Below, piece by piece: positions 9,355 to 18,163 of a DNA stretch of 64,000 bases. Position 1 is the first letter of the stretch, and each line of letters opens with the position of its first letter. The position numbers were made by a program, and so were the translations under genes. Source of the DNA: a virus (Duplodnaviria; Caudoviricetes); IMG/VR virus record IMGVR_UViG_3300028601_000020. One strand, 5' to 3'. The notes under the pieces were generated by a model. It was not told the origin of the DNA and ran no database searches. It saw nothing but the letters and a program-made list of their open reading frames with translations.

Positions 9355-9390
9355 TCGGCTAAGGGGGTTCAATTCCTCATTGTGGCTCCA
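9319..9390 (+). tRNA. tRNA-Thr(UGU), divergent
   Basis: GCCACAA/TTGTGGC acceptor, anticodon loop TTTGTAG, GGTTCAATTCC, CCA; one mismatch each in anticodon and T stems. Confidence 0.7.
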
Positions 9391-9402
9391 TAAAAACAAA
9401 AC

Positions 9403-9490
9403 GGAAGATTGGCAGAACGGTAATGCATCGGTCTTGAAAACCGTAGTCTGGATAAAACCAGTGGGGGTTCAAATCCCTCATCTTCCGCCA
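9403..9490 (+). tRNA. tRNA-Ser(UGA)
   Basis: Cloverleaf with long variable arm, anticodon loop CTTGAAA, CCA. Confidence 0.92.
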
Positions 9491-9494
9491 TTTT

Positions 9495-9585
9495 GGGAGA
9501 CGCAAATAAGGATAGAGGGTTCTATCGGCTGGCTGTAAACCAGTTCCCTAAGGGCAAGGCGTTCAACTCGACCCGTCTCCCACCA
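9495..9585 (+). tRNA. tRNA-Tyr(GUA) with atypical D and T arms
   Basis: gctgg CTGTAAA ccagt anticodon arm, 8-bp acceptor GGGAGACG/CGTCTCCC, ACCA end. Confidence 0.75.
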
Positions 9586-9594
9586 TTTTTTCTG

Positions 9595-9636
9595 TTGACA
9601 GTCAAAACAAAATCAGATAATATACTTGTGAAAGTT
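9595..9636 (+). promoter_or_regulatory. Early promoter
   Basis: TTGACA-N17-TAATAT followed by TTGTGAAAGTT. Confidence 0.75.
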
Positions 9637-9664
9637 GATTGAATGAGTTTAAAAATCTCAAACT

Positions 9665-9925
9665 GTGGGGCACAAAATGATTACTTTCTCAAAAAACGAA
9701 ATTTCTGAAATCGCTAGCCTTATCCGGTCATGTGCTGTGTGGAGCGAAATGGTAAAAAACGGAATAAGGAAGCACTCGAATTTTGATGAAAAGACTGAAG
9801 AAGGACGTGAAGGTTTGCACAAAAATGTTGAAAAAGTTCGGGAGGCTATGAGGTGGCATGATGCTGATGCCAAAAAGCTGAATGAAATGTTAGGTGAGGA
9901 TGCCGTAACTCTTTTTAGATTATAA
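9665..9925 (+). CDS. Hypothetical early protein
   Basis: ORF directly after a promoter. Confidence 0.65.
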   Translation: MGHKMITFSKNEISEIASLIRSCAVWSEMVKNGIRKHSNFDEKTEEGREGLHKNVEKVREAMRWHDADAKKLNEMLGEDAVTLFRL

Positions 9926-10135
9926 CTGAGGAAAAAAGATGATTAAAGCAAAATCAGGAAAGTACAAACATGTTTGCTGGATAATTATTTTTGCCTGTCT
10001 GGTGATGGTTGGAAGAGCATCTTTCGTGACGTTCTCTTCTCCATCTGAAACACCGCCGCTTTATTTGAACGGGAGGGTTGTCATGAAGTAAATTTGTTTG
10101 TTCTTCTCCGCAACAAAAGGAGATGAATATAGTAC

Positions 10136-10705
10136 ATGCAAAAATGGAATGAATTTATTGATCTAATTCATTCCCCGGATTTCTTAATGACTTTTTCTAA
10201 TTATGTTGAAGACCACAAAAGGATATATGATCATGTAAAAATCAAAGGGGAAATGTTTGAGGAGATTTTGTATAAATCATTAAAAACGTATTCGTCGGGA
10301 ATTGAATGGAACCCGGGTGGGCATCAAGTTGGGTATGACATAAAGTTTTTTGATATTGGGATTTCTTGTAAGTGTGGTTCTGTAAAAAGCAACAAACTAA
10401 TAATTTCAGGTAGCAGAACCACACTACATAAAACAATAAAAGAAAAGATTGATTTTTTGAACAAAAACCATTATGATGTAATTGTTTCATTTGCAGAAAA
10501 TAAGAAAAAATATGAATTATATTGCCTTCCTCTTTCTTTCATTGAAATTGGAAAGCCAGAAGATTGGACAGAAACAGAAAAAGCGTGGGTTTACGAAAAT
10601 AAAAAAGGGCGTTACAGAATAGCAAAATCCACAAGTGACCAAATGTGGTACAGTTTTTTCATTGAAACGGTTGTTGACAAAAAAATTTTAATATTAGACA
10701 TTTGA
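10136..10705 (+). CDS. Hypothetical protein, possibly a PD-(D/E)xK nuclease
   Basis: GEMFE...YDI...ISCK spacing resembles a restriction-endonuclease fold; weak. Confidence 0.5.
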   Translation: MQKWNEFIDLIHSPDFLMTFSNYVEDHKRIYDHVKIKGEMFEEILYKSLKTYSSGIEWNPGGHQVGYDIKFFDIGISCKCGSVKSNKLIISGSRTTLHKTIKEKIDFLNKNHYDVIVSFAENKKKYELYCLPLSFIEIGKPEDWTETEKAWVYENKKGRYRIAKSTSDQMWYSFFIETVVDKKILILDI

Positions 10706-10720
10706 ATAGGAGACTGAAAA

Positions 10721-11194
10721 ATGATACTTTTTACTTGCCTTCCTCATTCTTGGGTTGATGTTATCACGAACAGTTCATCGGAACTGTTTACTTGTCGTGG
10801 TGAGTCAAAAGAAAGAATTGAAGAGCTAATTAAGAATGTGTATCCTGATTATTGGAAAGAATACGAACCAGTCAAAAGCATTGACGAATTGACAGCAGCC
10901 GATTTGTATACTTATATTTCTTATAGATATGAACGTTGGTCAAACTCTGCTCAAAAATTTATCCGTGACACTCCTTGTGGTATTTCAAAAGATGATTTTT
11001 GGGTTACAAAAAAGTCTGGTATTAATGAATATACCACTCTCAATGAAGATTATGTGATTGAGAATAAAGAAAAGATTATTGATGCAATTGATCCTAATCG
11101 GGAAATGTTTTTCTTGTTTTCTCTTGATAGTAACCCTAATTATGAAAAACAAGAATTGCTCTGTATGTTTATGGATCGTTATCATTTGGGGTAA
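10721..11194 (+). CDS. Hypothetical protein with N-terminal HSxVDVITNSSS motif
   Basis: Motif shared with 15339..15815. Confidence 0.75.
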   Translation: MILFTCLPHSWVDVITNSSSELFTCRGESKERIEELIKNVYPDYWKEYEPVKSIDELTAADLYTYISYRYERWSNSAQKFIRDTPCGISKDDFWVTKKSGINEYTTLNEDYVIENKEKIIDAIDPNREMFFLFSLDSNPNYEKQELLCMFMDRYHLG

Positions 11195-11203
11195 AAAGAC
11201 AAA

Positions 11204-11279
11204 TCCCGTATAGCTCAACGGTTAGAGTCGCCCGCTCATGACGGGTCGGTTACAGGTTCGAGTCCTGTTGCGGGAACCA
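11204..11279 (+). tRNA. tRNA with CAU anticodon (Met or Ile2)
   Basis: Cloverleaf, loop CTCATGA, GGTTCGAGTCC, CCA. Confidence 0.88.
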
Positions 11280-11287
11280 TTAAATGT

Positions 11288-11364
11288 CTCTCATTAGTTC
11301 AGTCTGGTAGAACACCTGCTTTGGGAGCAGGGGGTCGGCGGTTCAAATCCGTCATGGGAGACCA
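11288..11364 (+). tRNA. tRNA-Pro(UGG)
   Basis: Cloverleaf, loop TTTGGGA, GGTTCAAATCC, CCA. Confidence 0.92.
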
Positions 11365-11539
11365 TTTATTTTGGTACTAAAATGAAAAGCACAAAGAAGA
11401 AACTAAAAGAACTTGATGATATGATTCATCGTTTAAAAAATGTTGCAGACAAATATCCAGAAATGGATTGGTTTCTTCTTAGACAACTAAAAAGAGATCG
11501 GGATTTAGTGGCATCTACAATAGGCAAAAAGGAGAAAAA

Positions 11540-12454
11540 ATGAGGGTCGTCAACCATGAAGTTCAAGAAATCGTTGAAGTTCCAGACGATTTTGAAGAAA
11601 TGCTCCGACATATTGAAAAAGTTGGAAGAATTTGTTATCAGTCACAAGAGAGAATTACAGAAGATTCAGCAGAAAAATTTGTCAAAATGCTTTTTCGCCG
11701 GGGTCATTGGGCAATGCTTGAGCATTCTTGGCTTGTATTCACTTCGTATCCTCTTGATTGGGACCAATGGCACCAGCTTTATGAGTTGACTGATAGCCGA
11801 TTTTTACAAGTTCTAGTTGATGACAGAGATGAAAGAATTCCTATTATATGTGGAAATTGGCGGGCTTGGTTTGAGCAAATTATCGGACCGGCAAAAGACA
11901 ACAAAAACAAATTTGAACTTTTCAAACAATTGCCAGATATTATTAAGGATCTTTTTTCAGTGTATGACATTACGCTTGATCGGGTTCATTTGAACGAAGT
12001 TGAAGATCCGTACCTTTACCCGAAAGCATACACTGCAACGTTTTTGACTGATCGTGCTGTTACTCATGAAATGGTAAGGCATCGGCCATGTGCTTTTGCT
12101 CAAAAGTCGCAACGTTTTTGCGCTGATCGTGAATATCTTGAATTTGTTGCTCCTTATTATCTTGATTTGACTTCTGACTCTTCAACTGGTGTGTCCACGT
12201 GGACGTGCCTAATGAACAGGATTGAAGAGGATTATCATTTTGCATTGCGAAATGGGCAGACAGCGCAAGAGGCACGTTCTATGCTTCCTAATTGCACTGC
12301 AACACAGATTGCGATGACCGCAGATAGTGTAGAATGGGAACATGTGTTTGATATGAGATGTGCATCGGATGCATATCCACCAATCAGAAAACTTATGAGA
12401 GAAGTCAAAGAAACATTCAAGCACCGTGGATACATAAAGGACGAACAAAAATGA
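11540..12454 (+). CDS. thyX: Flavin-dependent thymidylate synthase
   Basis: GHWAMLEH, HEMVRHRPCAFAQKSQRF (RHRx7SxR), EARSMLPN. Confidence 0.93.
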   Translation: MRVVNHEVQEIVEVPDDFEEMLRHIEKVGRICYQSQERITEDSAEKFVKMLFRRGHWAMLEHSWLVFTSYPLDWDQWHQLYELTDSRFLQVLVDDRDERIPIICGNWRAWFEQIIGPAKDNKNKFELFKQLPDIIKDLFSVYDITLDRVHLNEVEDPYLYPKAYTATFLTDRAVTHEMVRHRPCAFAQKSQRFCADREYLEFVAPYYLDLTSDSSTGVSTWTCLMNRIEEDYHFALRNGQTAQEARSMLPNCTATQIAMTADSVEWEHVFDMRCASDAYPPIRKLMREVKETFKHRGYIKDEQK

Positions 12455-12528
12455 AAAAATATATCTTGCATCAAAACGGAGGATTTGTTTAAGTTATTCA
12501 CCTTAAAAACAAAGGGAGGCTTAAACAA

Positions 12529-12721
12529 AATGAAGTCTGTTACATTGATGGCAACGACAATTGATTCTAAGATTTACAACCGGGCAAGAAAATTTTATCT
12601 TGAAAGTATGGGAGAAATTTCTTGTGCTTTTTGTCCTTATCATGATGGAGAGAATTGGCGTCGGCATCGGAAATCAAAATGCTGGAAGCGTTTTCGCAAG
12701 ACTCAATACAAAACTAAATAA
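12529..12721 (+). CDS. Small basic hypothetical protein
   Basis: GGAGG RBS; CAFCPYH...WKRFRKTQYK. Confidence 0.6.
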
Positions 12722-12731
12722 GGAAACTTCC

Positions 12732-12802
12732 CGGGCACCTCTCAAAGCATGAAGTGCAAACCCGACTTGAATTGACAAGTATCGCCGTTAGGACGCTAAC
12801 GG
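12732..12802 (+). ncRNA. Candidate structured RNA upstream of tRNA-Arg
   Basis: GC-rich intergenic stretch with three successive stems (gcac/gtgc, acttg/caagt, ccgttag/ctaacgg). Confidence 0.35.
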
Positions 12803-12819
12803 AATGGGTATTTAAAAAA

Positions 12820-12907
12820 GCTCGGTATCCCCACCATGGTCTTCTAAACCATTCACGTTAAAAAAGTGGGAAGGAGTGGAGAGGTTCAATTCCTCTACCG
12901 AGTTCCA
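12820..12907 (+). tRNA. tRNA-Arg(UCU)-like RNA lacking a canonical D arm
   Basis: GCTCGGT/ACCGAGT acceptor, atggt CTTCTAA accat anticodon arm, agagg TTCAATT cctct T arm, CCA. Confidence 0.7.
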
Positions 12908-13629
12908 ACGTCTTTCTTTTTCTTGGTGTTAATTATATTTTTTTCTGTTATCAGCCCAAATTTTTTGAAACGAGTGTGCAAATTAACAAAACTATACGGA
13001 TATTTTATTTTTTTACAAAAATCAACATAAGAGAGGTTTGAATTTCTAAAATCAGTGTATAAAGAAATTATATGTTCTTTCTCTTTTTGAGTTTTCTTTT
13101 GCAGTTCTTTTTGTGTTTTGTGTTTTTCTGAATATAAACTTTTATTTTTTTGAATGAATTTTTGAATATCAACTATTCTTCCTTTTTCGCAACCATTGTC
13201 TAAATATGTCTGAAGATCGGATTTTTGAACTTTTCTTGAAATAAGAGTATAAGGACAGTAAATCCATGTTGTGCCGTATTGAGAGTTGTTAGATCCTTGT
13301 TGGAGAACTGACATGGATTCGGCAAAAAGTTTTCTGTGTTTTTCGTAAAGGTGAGAATTCCAGTATCTTTCTTGATTGCCACTTGCTGAATTCATCATGT
13401 TAAATGCTTTAATGAGTTTCCAAAATTTGGGGGATTTTGTTGGAACCATTTTAATTAAAAGATAATGACAAAGAAAATGTTTTCGTGCTGTAAGAGAAAC
13501 GATGTTGGTGGTATCGTCGGAACCGCCCATACATCTTGGAATGATATGATGGTTTTCAGTATAACCACTTGAATCGGAAGATGAAGTCAGTTTGAAATAA
13601 AGTTTTGTGTATTTGTTTTTTAGAAACAT
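12895..13629 (-). CDS. HNH homing endonuclease (Mob-like), antisense
   Basis: ENHHIIPRCMGGSDD..N...LTARKHFLCH; minus-strand TATAAATA upstream; stop overlaps the tRNA T arm. Confidence 0.88.
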   Translation of the reverse strand: MFLKNKYTKLYFKLTSSSDSSGYTENHHIIPRCMGGSDDTTNIVSLTARKHFLCHYLLIKMVPTKSPKFWKLIKAFNMMNSASGNQERYWNSHLYEKHRKLFAESMSVLQQGSNNSQYGTTWIYCPYTLISRKVQKSDLQTYLDNGCEKGRIVDIQKFIQKNKSLYSEKHKTQKELQKKTQKEKEHIISLYTDFRNSNLSYVDFCKKIKYPYSFVNLHTRFKKFGLITEKNIINTKKKKDVGTR

Positions 13630-13686
13630 GATGGTGTTTTAACCGTTAAATTTTAGTTTATATTATTATTTATATTTTTAAAATTT

Positions 13687-13701
13687 CCGGCCGGAGCACC
13701 A
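13687..13701 (+). pseudogene. tRNA 3'-end remnant
   Basis: ccggccggagcACCA followed by a T run, GC-rich in an AT-rich context, right at the HNH cassette edge. Confidence 0.55.
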
Positions 13702-13719
13702 TTTTCTTTCTCTTTTTTG

Positions 13720-13765
13720 TTGACGCGGATTTAAAAAGAATGTATTGTGTTTGTGAAAGTTAAGC
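13720..13765 (+). promoter_or_regulatory. Early promoter
   Basis: TTGACG-N17-TATTGT then gtttgtgaaagttaag. Confidence 0.75.
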
Positions 13766-13797
13766 GAAGTTCAAAACAATTTTTATGGAGGTTGATC

Positions 13798-14139
13798 ATG
13801 TCTTACATTTCTGAAGAAAGCAAAGCGAAAATTGTTGAAATCGTTACCAAGAAAGGCAAGGGTCTTCGGGCGACGAAACCGAAGACTGTTGATAATGATA
13901 CGGGCCGCGCTGCATACATTTGGCGATATGTTGCTTTCTGTGTTTCGCCAAAATCAATTCATCATTGTCTGCCAATGATGGCATTTTGCTATCTGTCAAA
14001 TGAAGATTTCAAGATTGCTCAGGACGACAAAAAGTTTTATGATGAACTTCATGCCATTGTAAATGAGATTGTTGATTCTTTCCCGAAAGAATCGTGGCAT
14101 GGTGTTCGTCGTTGGGGCACTGTTCTTGGTCGGATTTAA
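13798..14139 (+). CDS. Hypothetical early protein
   Basis: GGAGGT RBS before ATG 13798. Confidence 0.75.
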   Translation: MSYISEESKAKIVEIVTKKGKGLRATKPKTVDNDTGRAAYIWRYVAFCVSPKSIHHCLPMMAFCYLSNEDFKIAQDDKKFYDELHAIVNEIVDSFPKESWHGVRRWGTVLGRI

Positions 14140-14147
14140 TTAAAAGA

Positions 14148-14221
14148 GCGGGTATCGTATAATGGTAATACTTCTGACTTCCAATCAGATAATCTCGGTT
14201 CAATTCCGGGTACCCGCTCCA
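14148..14221 (+). tRNA. tRNA-Gly(UCC)
   Basis: Canonical cloverleaf, loop CTTCCAA, CCA. Confidence 0.95.
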
Positions 14222-14242
14222 AATTTTTAAGGAATCAAGACG

Positions 14243-14749
14243 ATGCAAACAGTTCTTGTCTTAAATGGTGATTATTCTTTCCTTAGTGTTGTTTCACTGA
14301 AAAAAGCAATGCAGTATATTATTAAAGGAAAGGTGCAAGTTGAAAAATATCTTGAATCCACTATCTGTTCAGCGACAGAAACTTTTCAGATTCCTTTAGT
14401 TGTTCGTTTTGTTAAATTCATCCGGCAAATGTATAAAAAGAAAGTTCCATGGAGCAAGAAAAATGTACTTCTTCGGGATGATGGTGTTTGTCAGTATTGT
14501 GGACAGACCGAAGGAGTAATGACAGTTGATCACGTCATTCCGAAATCACGAGGAGGACGAAATTCTTTTGAAAATGCTGTCTGTTCTTGTTTTCATTGCA
14601 ATAATAAAAAAGGTGATCGGCTTCCATCCGAGGCAAATATGTTCTTGACAAAGAAGCCCATCCATCCTACAATAGCGGAGTTCACTCAAAAAGTATTGAA
14701 GAAATCAAACATTGAAAATATTTTCAAAACATGGTTCGGTGAAAATTAA
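14243..14749 (+). CDS. HNH endonuclease (McrA-like)
   Basis: RDDGVCQYCG...TVDHVIPKSRGG...CFHCNNKKG. Confidence 0.92.
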   Translation: MQTVLVLNGDYSFLSVVSLKKAMQYIIKGKVQVEKYLESTICSATETFQIPLVVRFVKFIRQMYKKKVPWSKKNVLLRDDGVCQYCGQTEGVMTVDHVIPKSRGGRNSFENAVCSCFHCNNKKGDRLPSEANMFLTKKPIHPTIAEFTQKVLKKSNIENIFKTWFGEN

Positions 14750-14938
14750 ATGAAACCTTACTTGACACAATATTGGAATAAGTGTACAGTGTGTGGAAGA
14801 TTCATTCCGTTTGAAGACTTTAATGATAAGAAAGCATTTTCAAAATTGGTTTCGCCTGATTCTGCATTTAGTGTTGAACGGATTGAGTATTTTTGTAAAA
14901 AATGTGCTATTAAGGAGAAAAACGAAAATGAGTGTTGA
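14750..14938 (+). CDS. Small zinc-finger protein
   Basis: CTVCG and CKKC pairs. Confidence 0.6.
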   Translation: MKPYLTQYWNKCTVCGRFIPFEDFNDKKAFSKLVSPDSAFSVERIEYFCKKCAIKEKNENEC

Positions 14939-15170
14939 CCATTATACCACTGAAATGCGTTTACTGGTTCATAATGATAATACCGGAGATTATGTCATTG
15001 TAAAAGAAGATCCTGATGGTCTTGACATGGTAGGTATATCTTATGTTGACGGAGAAGGAAGCAAAGCAGAACGATTTCCTTTTATGGACATTGAAATGGC
15101 AGAAATTGTTGCCAGAAATATTCTTCAGGTTTGCGCGTTTGTTAAAAATAGGAAGTTAAAGGATGCATAA
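14928..15170 (+). CDS. Hypothetical protein
   Basis: AAGGAG RBS before ATG 14928. Confidence 0.6.
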   Translation: MSVDHYTTEMRLLVHNDNTGDYVIVKEDPDGLDMVGISYVDGEGSKAERFPFMDIEMAEIVARNILQVCAFVKNRKLKDA

Positions 15171-15354
15171 ACTTTCAAAACGACTAAGAGAAGGAGTTGA
15201 AGCCGCGCCATGGGTAATTGAAGAAATTAAAAAACTCGAACAAGAATTAAACGATGCTTATCTTGAAATGTATAAACTTCGTTTAAAGTTTCTTAGTGAC
15301 AAAGAAATCCACATTGAAGCGAAAAGGAGACATGACGAATGGTGCAAACAATAA
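15163..15354 (+). CDS. Hypothetical protein
   Basis: KLSKRLREGVEAAPWVIEEIKKLE; coupled ORF. Confidence 0.65.
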   Translation: MHKLSKRLREGVEAAPWVIEEIKKLEQELNDAYLEMYKLRLKFLSDKEIHIEAKRRHDEWCKQ

Positions 15355-15815
15355 AGATTCATTCAGTTGTAGATGTTATAACTAATAGTTCTTCAGTGAT
15401 TTATACTTATTCTGACAATGCTGTTAAACCACTAAAAGAACTTTTCACCGAAATTTTTAAGCTGCTTGGCGATCCTCAACACGTTGATGATGTTTTTGAT
15501 ATCGTAGCCATACCAGATGACGATGTTTTGTATGATCATTTTATTAATTTTGTTGAAGATTTGGATCCTGAATGGCCTTTTTATGAAAGATACAAAAAAA
15601 TCAGTGAAATGTCTCCTTCTTCAAGACAAGATTCTGAATTGGTGAATCTTTTTGTTGAAAAATATAAACGAGGAATCAAAGAAGATTGGATGGATGTTGG
15701 CGAAGATAGTGGTACCAAGTTGAAAATTTTCGTCAAAGATGAAAAATATAATGAACTGGCGAATAAAGCAATTAAGTTTCTTTATTCAACCCAACACGAA
15801 TCTATTTATAATTAA
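15339..15815 (+). CDS. Hypothetical protein with HSxVDVITNSSS motif
   Basis: Motif shared with 10721..11194; directly upstream of the radical SAM gene. Confidence 0.75.
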   Translation: MVQTIKIHSVVDVITNSSSVIYTYSDNAVKPLKELFTEIFKLLGDPQHVDDVFDIVAIPDDDVLYDHFINFVEDLDPEWPFYERYKKISEMSPSSRQDSELVNLFVEKYKRGIKEDWMDVGEDSGTKLKIFVKDEKYNELANKAIKFLYSTQHESIYN

Positions 15816-15829
15816 TTTTGAGGAGTAAT

Positions 15830-16693
15830 ATGAAATCCCGTTCGTTTTCTGAAAGTAATTACAAAGCAATGTTTGTTGGTGGCAAAACTTTCCGTTTCGC
15901 AATCAATCCTGATAAACCGATTTCGCCGCTTGAATATCCTGAATTTTCTGATGTGAAAATCACTTCGTTCTGTATGGGTCAGTGTTCTTATTGTTATCAA
16001 GACAGTGACCTTGAATCTTCTCATTCTGATAAACTGCTTGAAAAGATCAAAGATTTTTATGGGCCTATGACACAGAACCAAAGACCTTTTCAGGTTGCAA
16101 TTGGTGGAGGCGAGCCGACTTCTCATCCTGATTTTGTGAAAGTGCTTGAACTGTTTGCTTCTCTTGGAATTGTTCCTAACTACACAACAAACGGAATGTT
16201 TGCTCTGAACATGCCTTATGATGAACGAGAAACCTTGTATAATATGACAAAGAAGGTTTCTGGTGGTGTTGCTGTTTCTTGTCATGATCATTTGGAGATG
16301 TATTGGAAATTCGCCGTTGAACGTTTCGTTGAACGAAATATTAAAACAAATCTTCATATCATTATTTCTGATGAAAAGAGCGTGATTCAATTCAGAGAAA
16401 TTTATGATGAATACAAAGACTCTGTTGATCATTTTGTCTTGCTGCCTTATCAGGTTATGGGAAGAGCAACACAGAAAACAATTGATTATGAAGCATTGAA
16501 ACGTCATTCTCCAGAAAACACAGATAAGATTGCATTCGGAGCAGACTTTTATCCTTATCTTGTTTCTGATCCGGGTCCATTTAATGTTTCTCTTTATGAG
16601 CCTGAGATTTTTTCGTCTTATATTGATTTCACGTTTGACGAACCTAAGGTGTTTTATTCATCTTTTGACTTACGGGAAAAGGTTTTTGCTTAA
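15830..16693 (+). CDS. Radical SAM protein
   Basis: CMGQCSYC (CxxxCxxC), GGGEPT, YTTNG. Confidence 0.92.
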   Translation: MKSRSFSESNYKAMFVGGKTFRFAINPDKPISPLEYPEFSDVKITSFCMGQCSYCYQDSDLESSHSDKLLEKIKDFYGPMTQNQRPFQVAIGGGEPTSHPDFVKVLELFASLGIVPNYTTNGMFALNMPYDERETLYNMTKKVSGGVAVSCHDHLEMYWKFAVERFVERNIKTNLHIIISDEKSVIQFREIYDEYKDSVDHFVLLPYQVMGRATQKTIDYEALKRHSPENTDKIAFGADFYPYLVSDPGPFNVSLYEPEIFSSYIDFTFDEPKVFYSSFDLREKVFA

Positions 16694-16699
16694 TAAAAT

Positions 16700-16778
16700 C
16701 TCCGGGTAGCCCAACTGGCAGGAGGCAAGGGACTTAAAATCCCTTAAGTGATGGGTTCAAATCCCTCCCCGGAGACCA
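16700..16778 (+). tRNA. tRNA-Leu(UAA), short variable arm
   Basis: CTCCGGG acceptor, loop CTTAAAA, GGTTCAAATCC, CCA. Confidence 0.88.
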
Positions 16779-16865
16779 ACAAATAAAAAGAGAAGAAGGT
16801 CAAAATGTCTTGACTGACTTCTCTTTTTTCGTTATTATGAAAATAAAAAACAACCGGAGAATATA

Positions 16866-17717
16866 ATGGAAGAGAAAAAGATTATTAATGTTACGATCAA
16901 AGACCCGCGGAAAAACATGTTTGCAGCCAAGAATGGCCGTCAATCCGTTATGATTTTGCGATGTTCTCATTCTGATAATTGCGATATCTTTAAGAAAAAA
17001 CAGTGCATCCGTCTTGAAATATTCAAGCATTTTTGTCCTTATGGTGATTATGAAGTAATTGAGGGATTTACACCAAGAGCAAAAAATTATGTCAAGTTTT
17101 TGAATGACGCAAAAGAAAAGTATTCTGAATACGTCAATCAATTGACTTGTATTTCAAAGGTAGGGTTTGAAAATGTTGGTGATTATGTTTATGTTCCTTA
17201 TTCGTTCGTTCATCTTATTCCTGGAATGGACAAATATTTTCTTTCTGTTGGCCACATGTTTATGTCTGAACGACCGTTTGTCAAAAAAGAAGACTTCACG
17301 GTTGAATTCGTTCGTATGCTGATTAAAGGCAAACCAATAGCATATTTGGGTGATTTGATTACTGCTTATCAAAAAGAAGAGGTTCCAAAAATTGTTTATG
17401 ATCTAAAATTGTTTTCTCCTGATCTTTATGAACAGATCAAAGACGAAGTTCAGACAAATCAAATGTTCAATCCAATCGGCAAAAAAGCCTTGCTTAAAAC
17501 CCTTTCTCCGTGTACAATTGTGAAAGGAGAAGGCAAAAGTTTTGAAAGTACATGGGAATGGGATGGAGAAAGAATGCATTATCAAAGTGGATTTATTTCA
17601 TTGCCAACTAATGCTTTTCCTGAAACGGTTTCTTGTTCTTATGTTCCTTCTGACAAAGAGGAAGAAATAGTTTCTTCTCTTGACCAAGTGAACGAGAATA
17701 CAAAATATGTTTGGTAG
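16866..17717 (+). CDS. Hypothetical protein
   Basis: 283-aa ORF after TTGACT-N17-TATTAT promoter and GGAG RBS. Confidence 0.8.
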   Translation: MEEKKIINVTIKDPRKNMFAAKNGRQSVMILRCSHSDNCDIFKKKQCIRLEIFKHFCPYGDYEVIEGFTPRAKNYVKFLNDAKEKYSEYVNQLTCISKVGFENVGDYVYVPYSFVHLIPGMDKYFLSVGHMFMSERPFVKKEDFTVEFVRMLIKGKPIAYLGDLITAYQKEEVPKIVYDLKLFSPDLYEQIKDEVQTNQMFNPIGKKALLKTLSPCTIVKGEGKSFESTWEWDGERMHYQSGFISLPTNAFPETVSCSYVPSDKEEEIVSSLDQVNENTKYVW

Positions 17718-17731
17718 TGCTTTTCTTTGCT

Positions 17732-17815
17732 CTAGGATTAACGAGGATTGTCTGTGTTCAAGATTTGAAAGATTTTGATATCAGTGTATGCATCCAATAG
17801 AAAATTGATTACAAG
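17732..17815. repeat. Bipartite intergenic motif, copy 1
   Basis: ctaggattaacgaggattgtct...aaaattgattacaag, similar to 61732-61816 with nearly the same spacing. Confidence 0.65.
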
Positions 17816-17840
17816 CGATTTTAACATGAAAGGAGAAAAA

Positions 17841-18029
17841 ATGAAGATGCCGAAATTTTATACCATTGAAATAAAAAAGGCGAATGCGTATGATCACATT
17901 AGTTTTCGGTTCAGGAGTTTGTATAATGGTATGGTAGGAACTTCAAATGAAAATATTGATGATGCAATATTAGAAGGAGAGGCCCATGAAAAGATTGTTC
18001 GTTTCTTGCATGGAAAAACAAATTGCTGA
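17841..18029 (+). CDS. Hypothetical protein
   Basis: AAGGAG RBS before ATG 17841. Confidence 0.55.
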   Translation: MKMPKFYTIEIKKANAYDHISFRFRSLYNGMVGTSNENIDDAILEGEAHEKIVRFLHGKTNC

Positions 18030-18163
18030 TTCATTTGTAAAAAAATGTTCTAATTGTGGTTCAAGAAATGCTTGCTGTGATATTAACGATGATTTGAAAC
18101 CTTGCGAATATTGGTATTACGGAAATGGATATGGAAGTTCAATTTCAATGAAGGAGATGTAAA

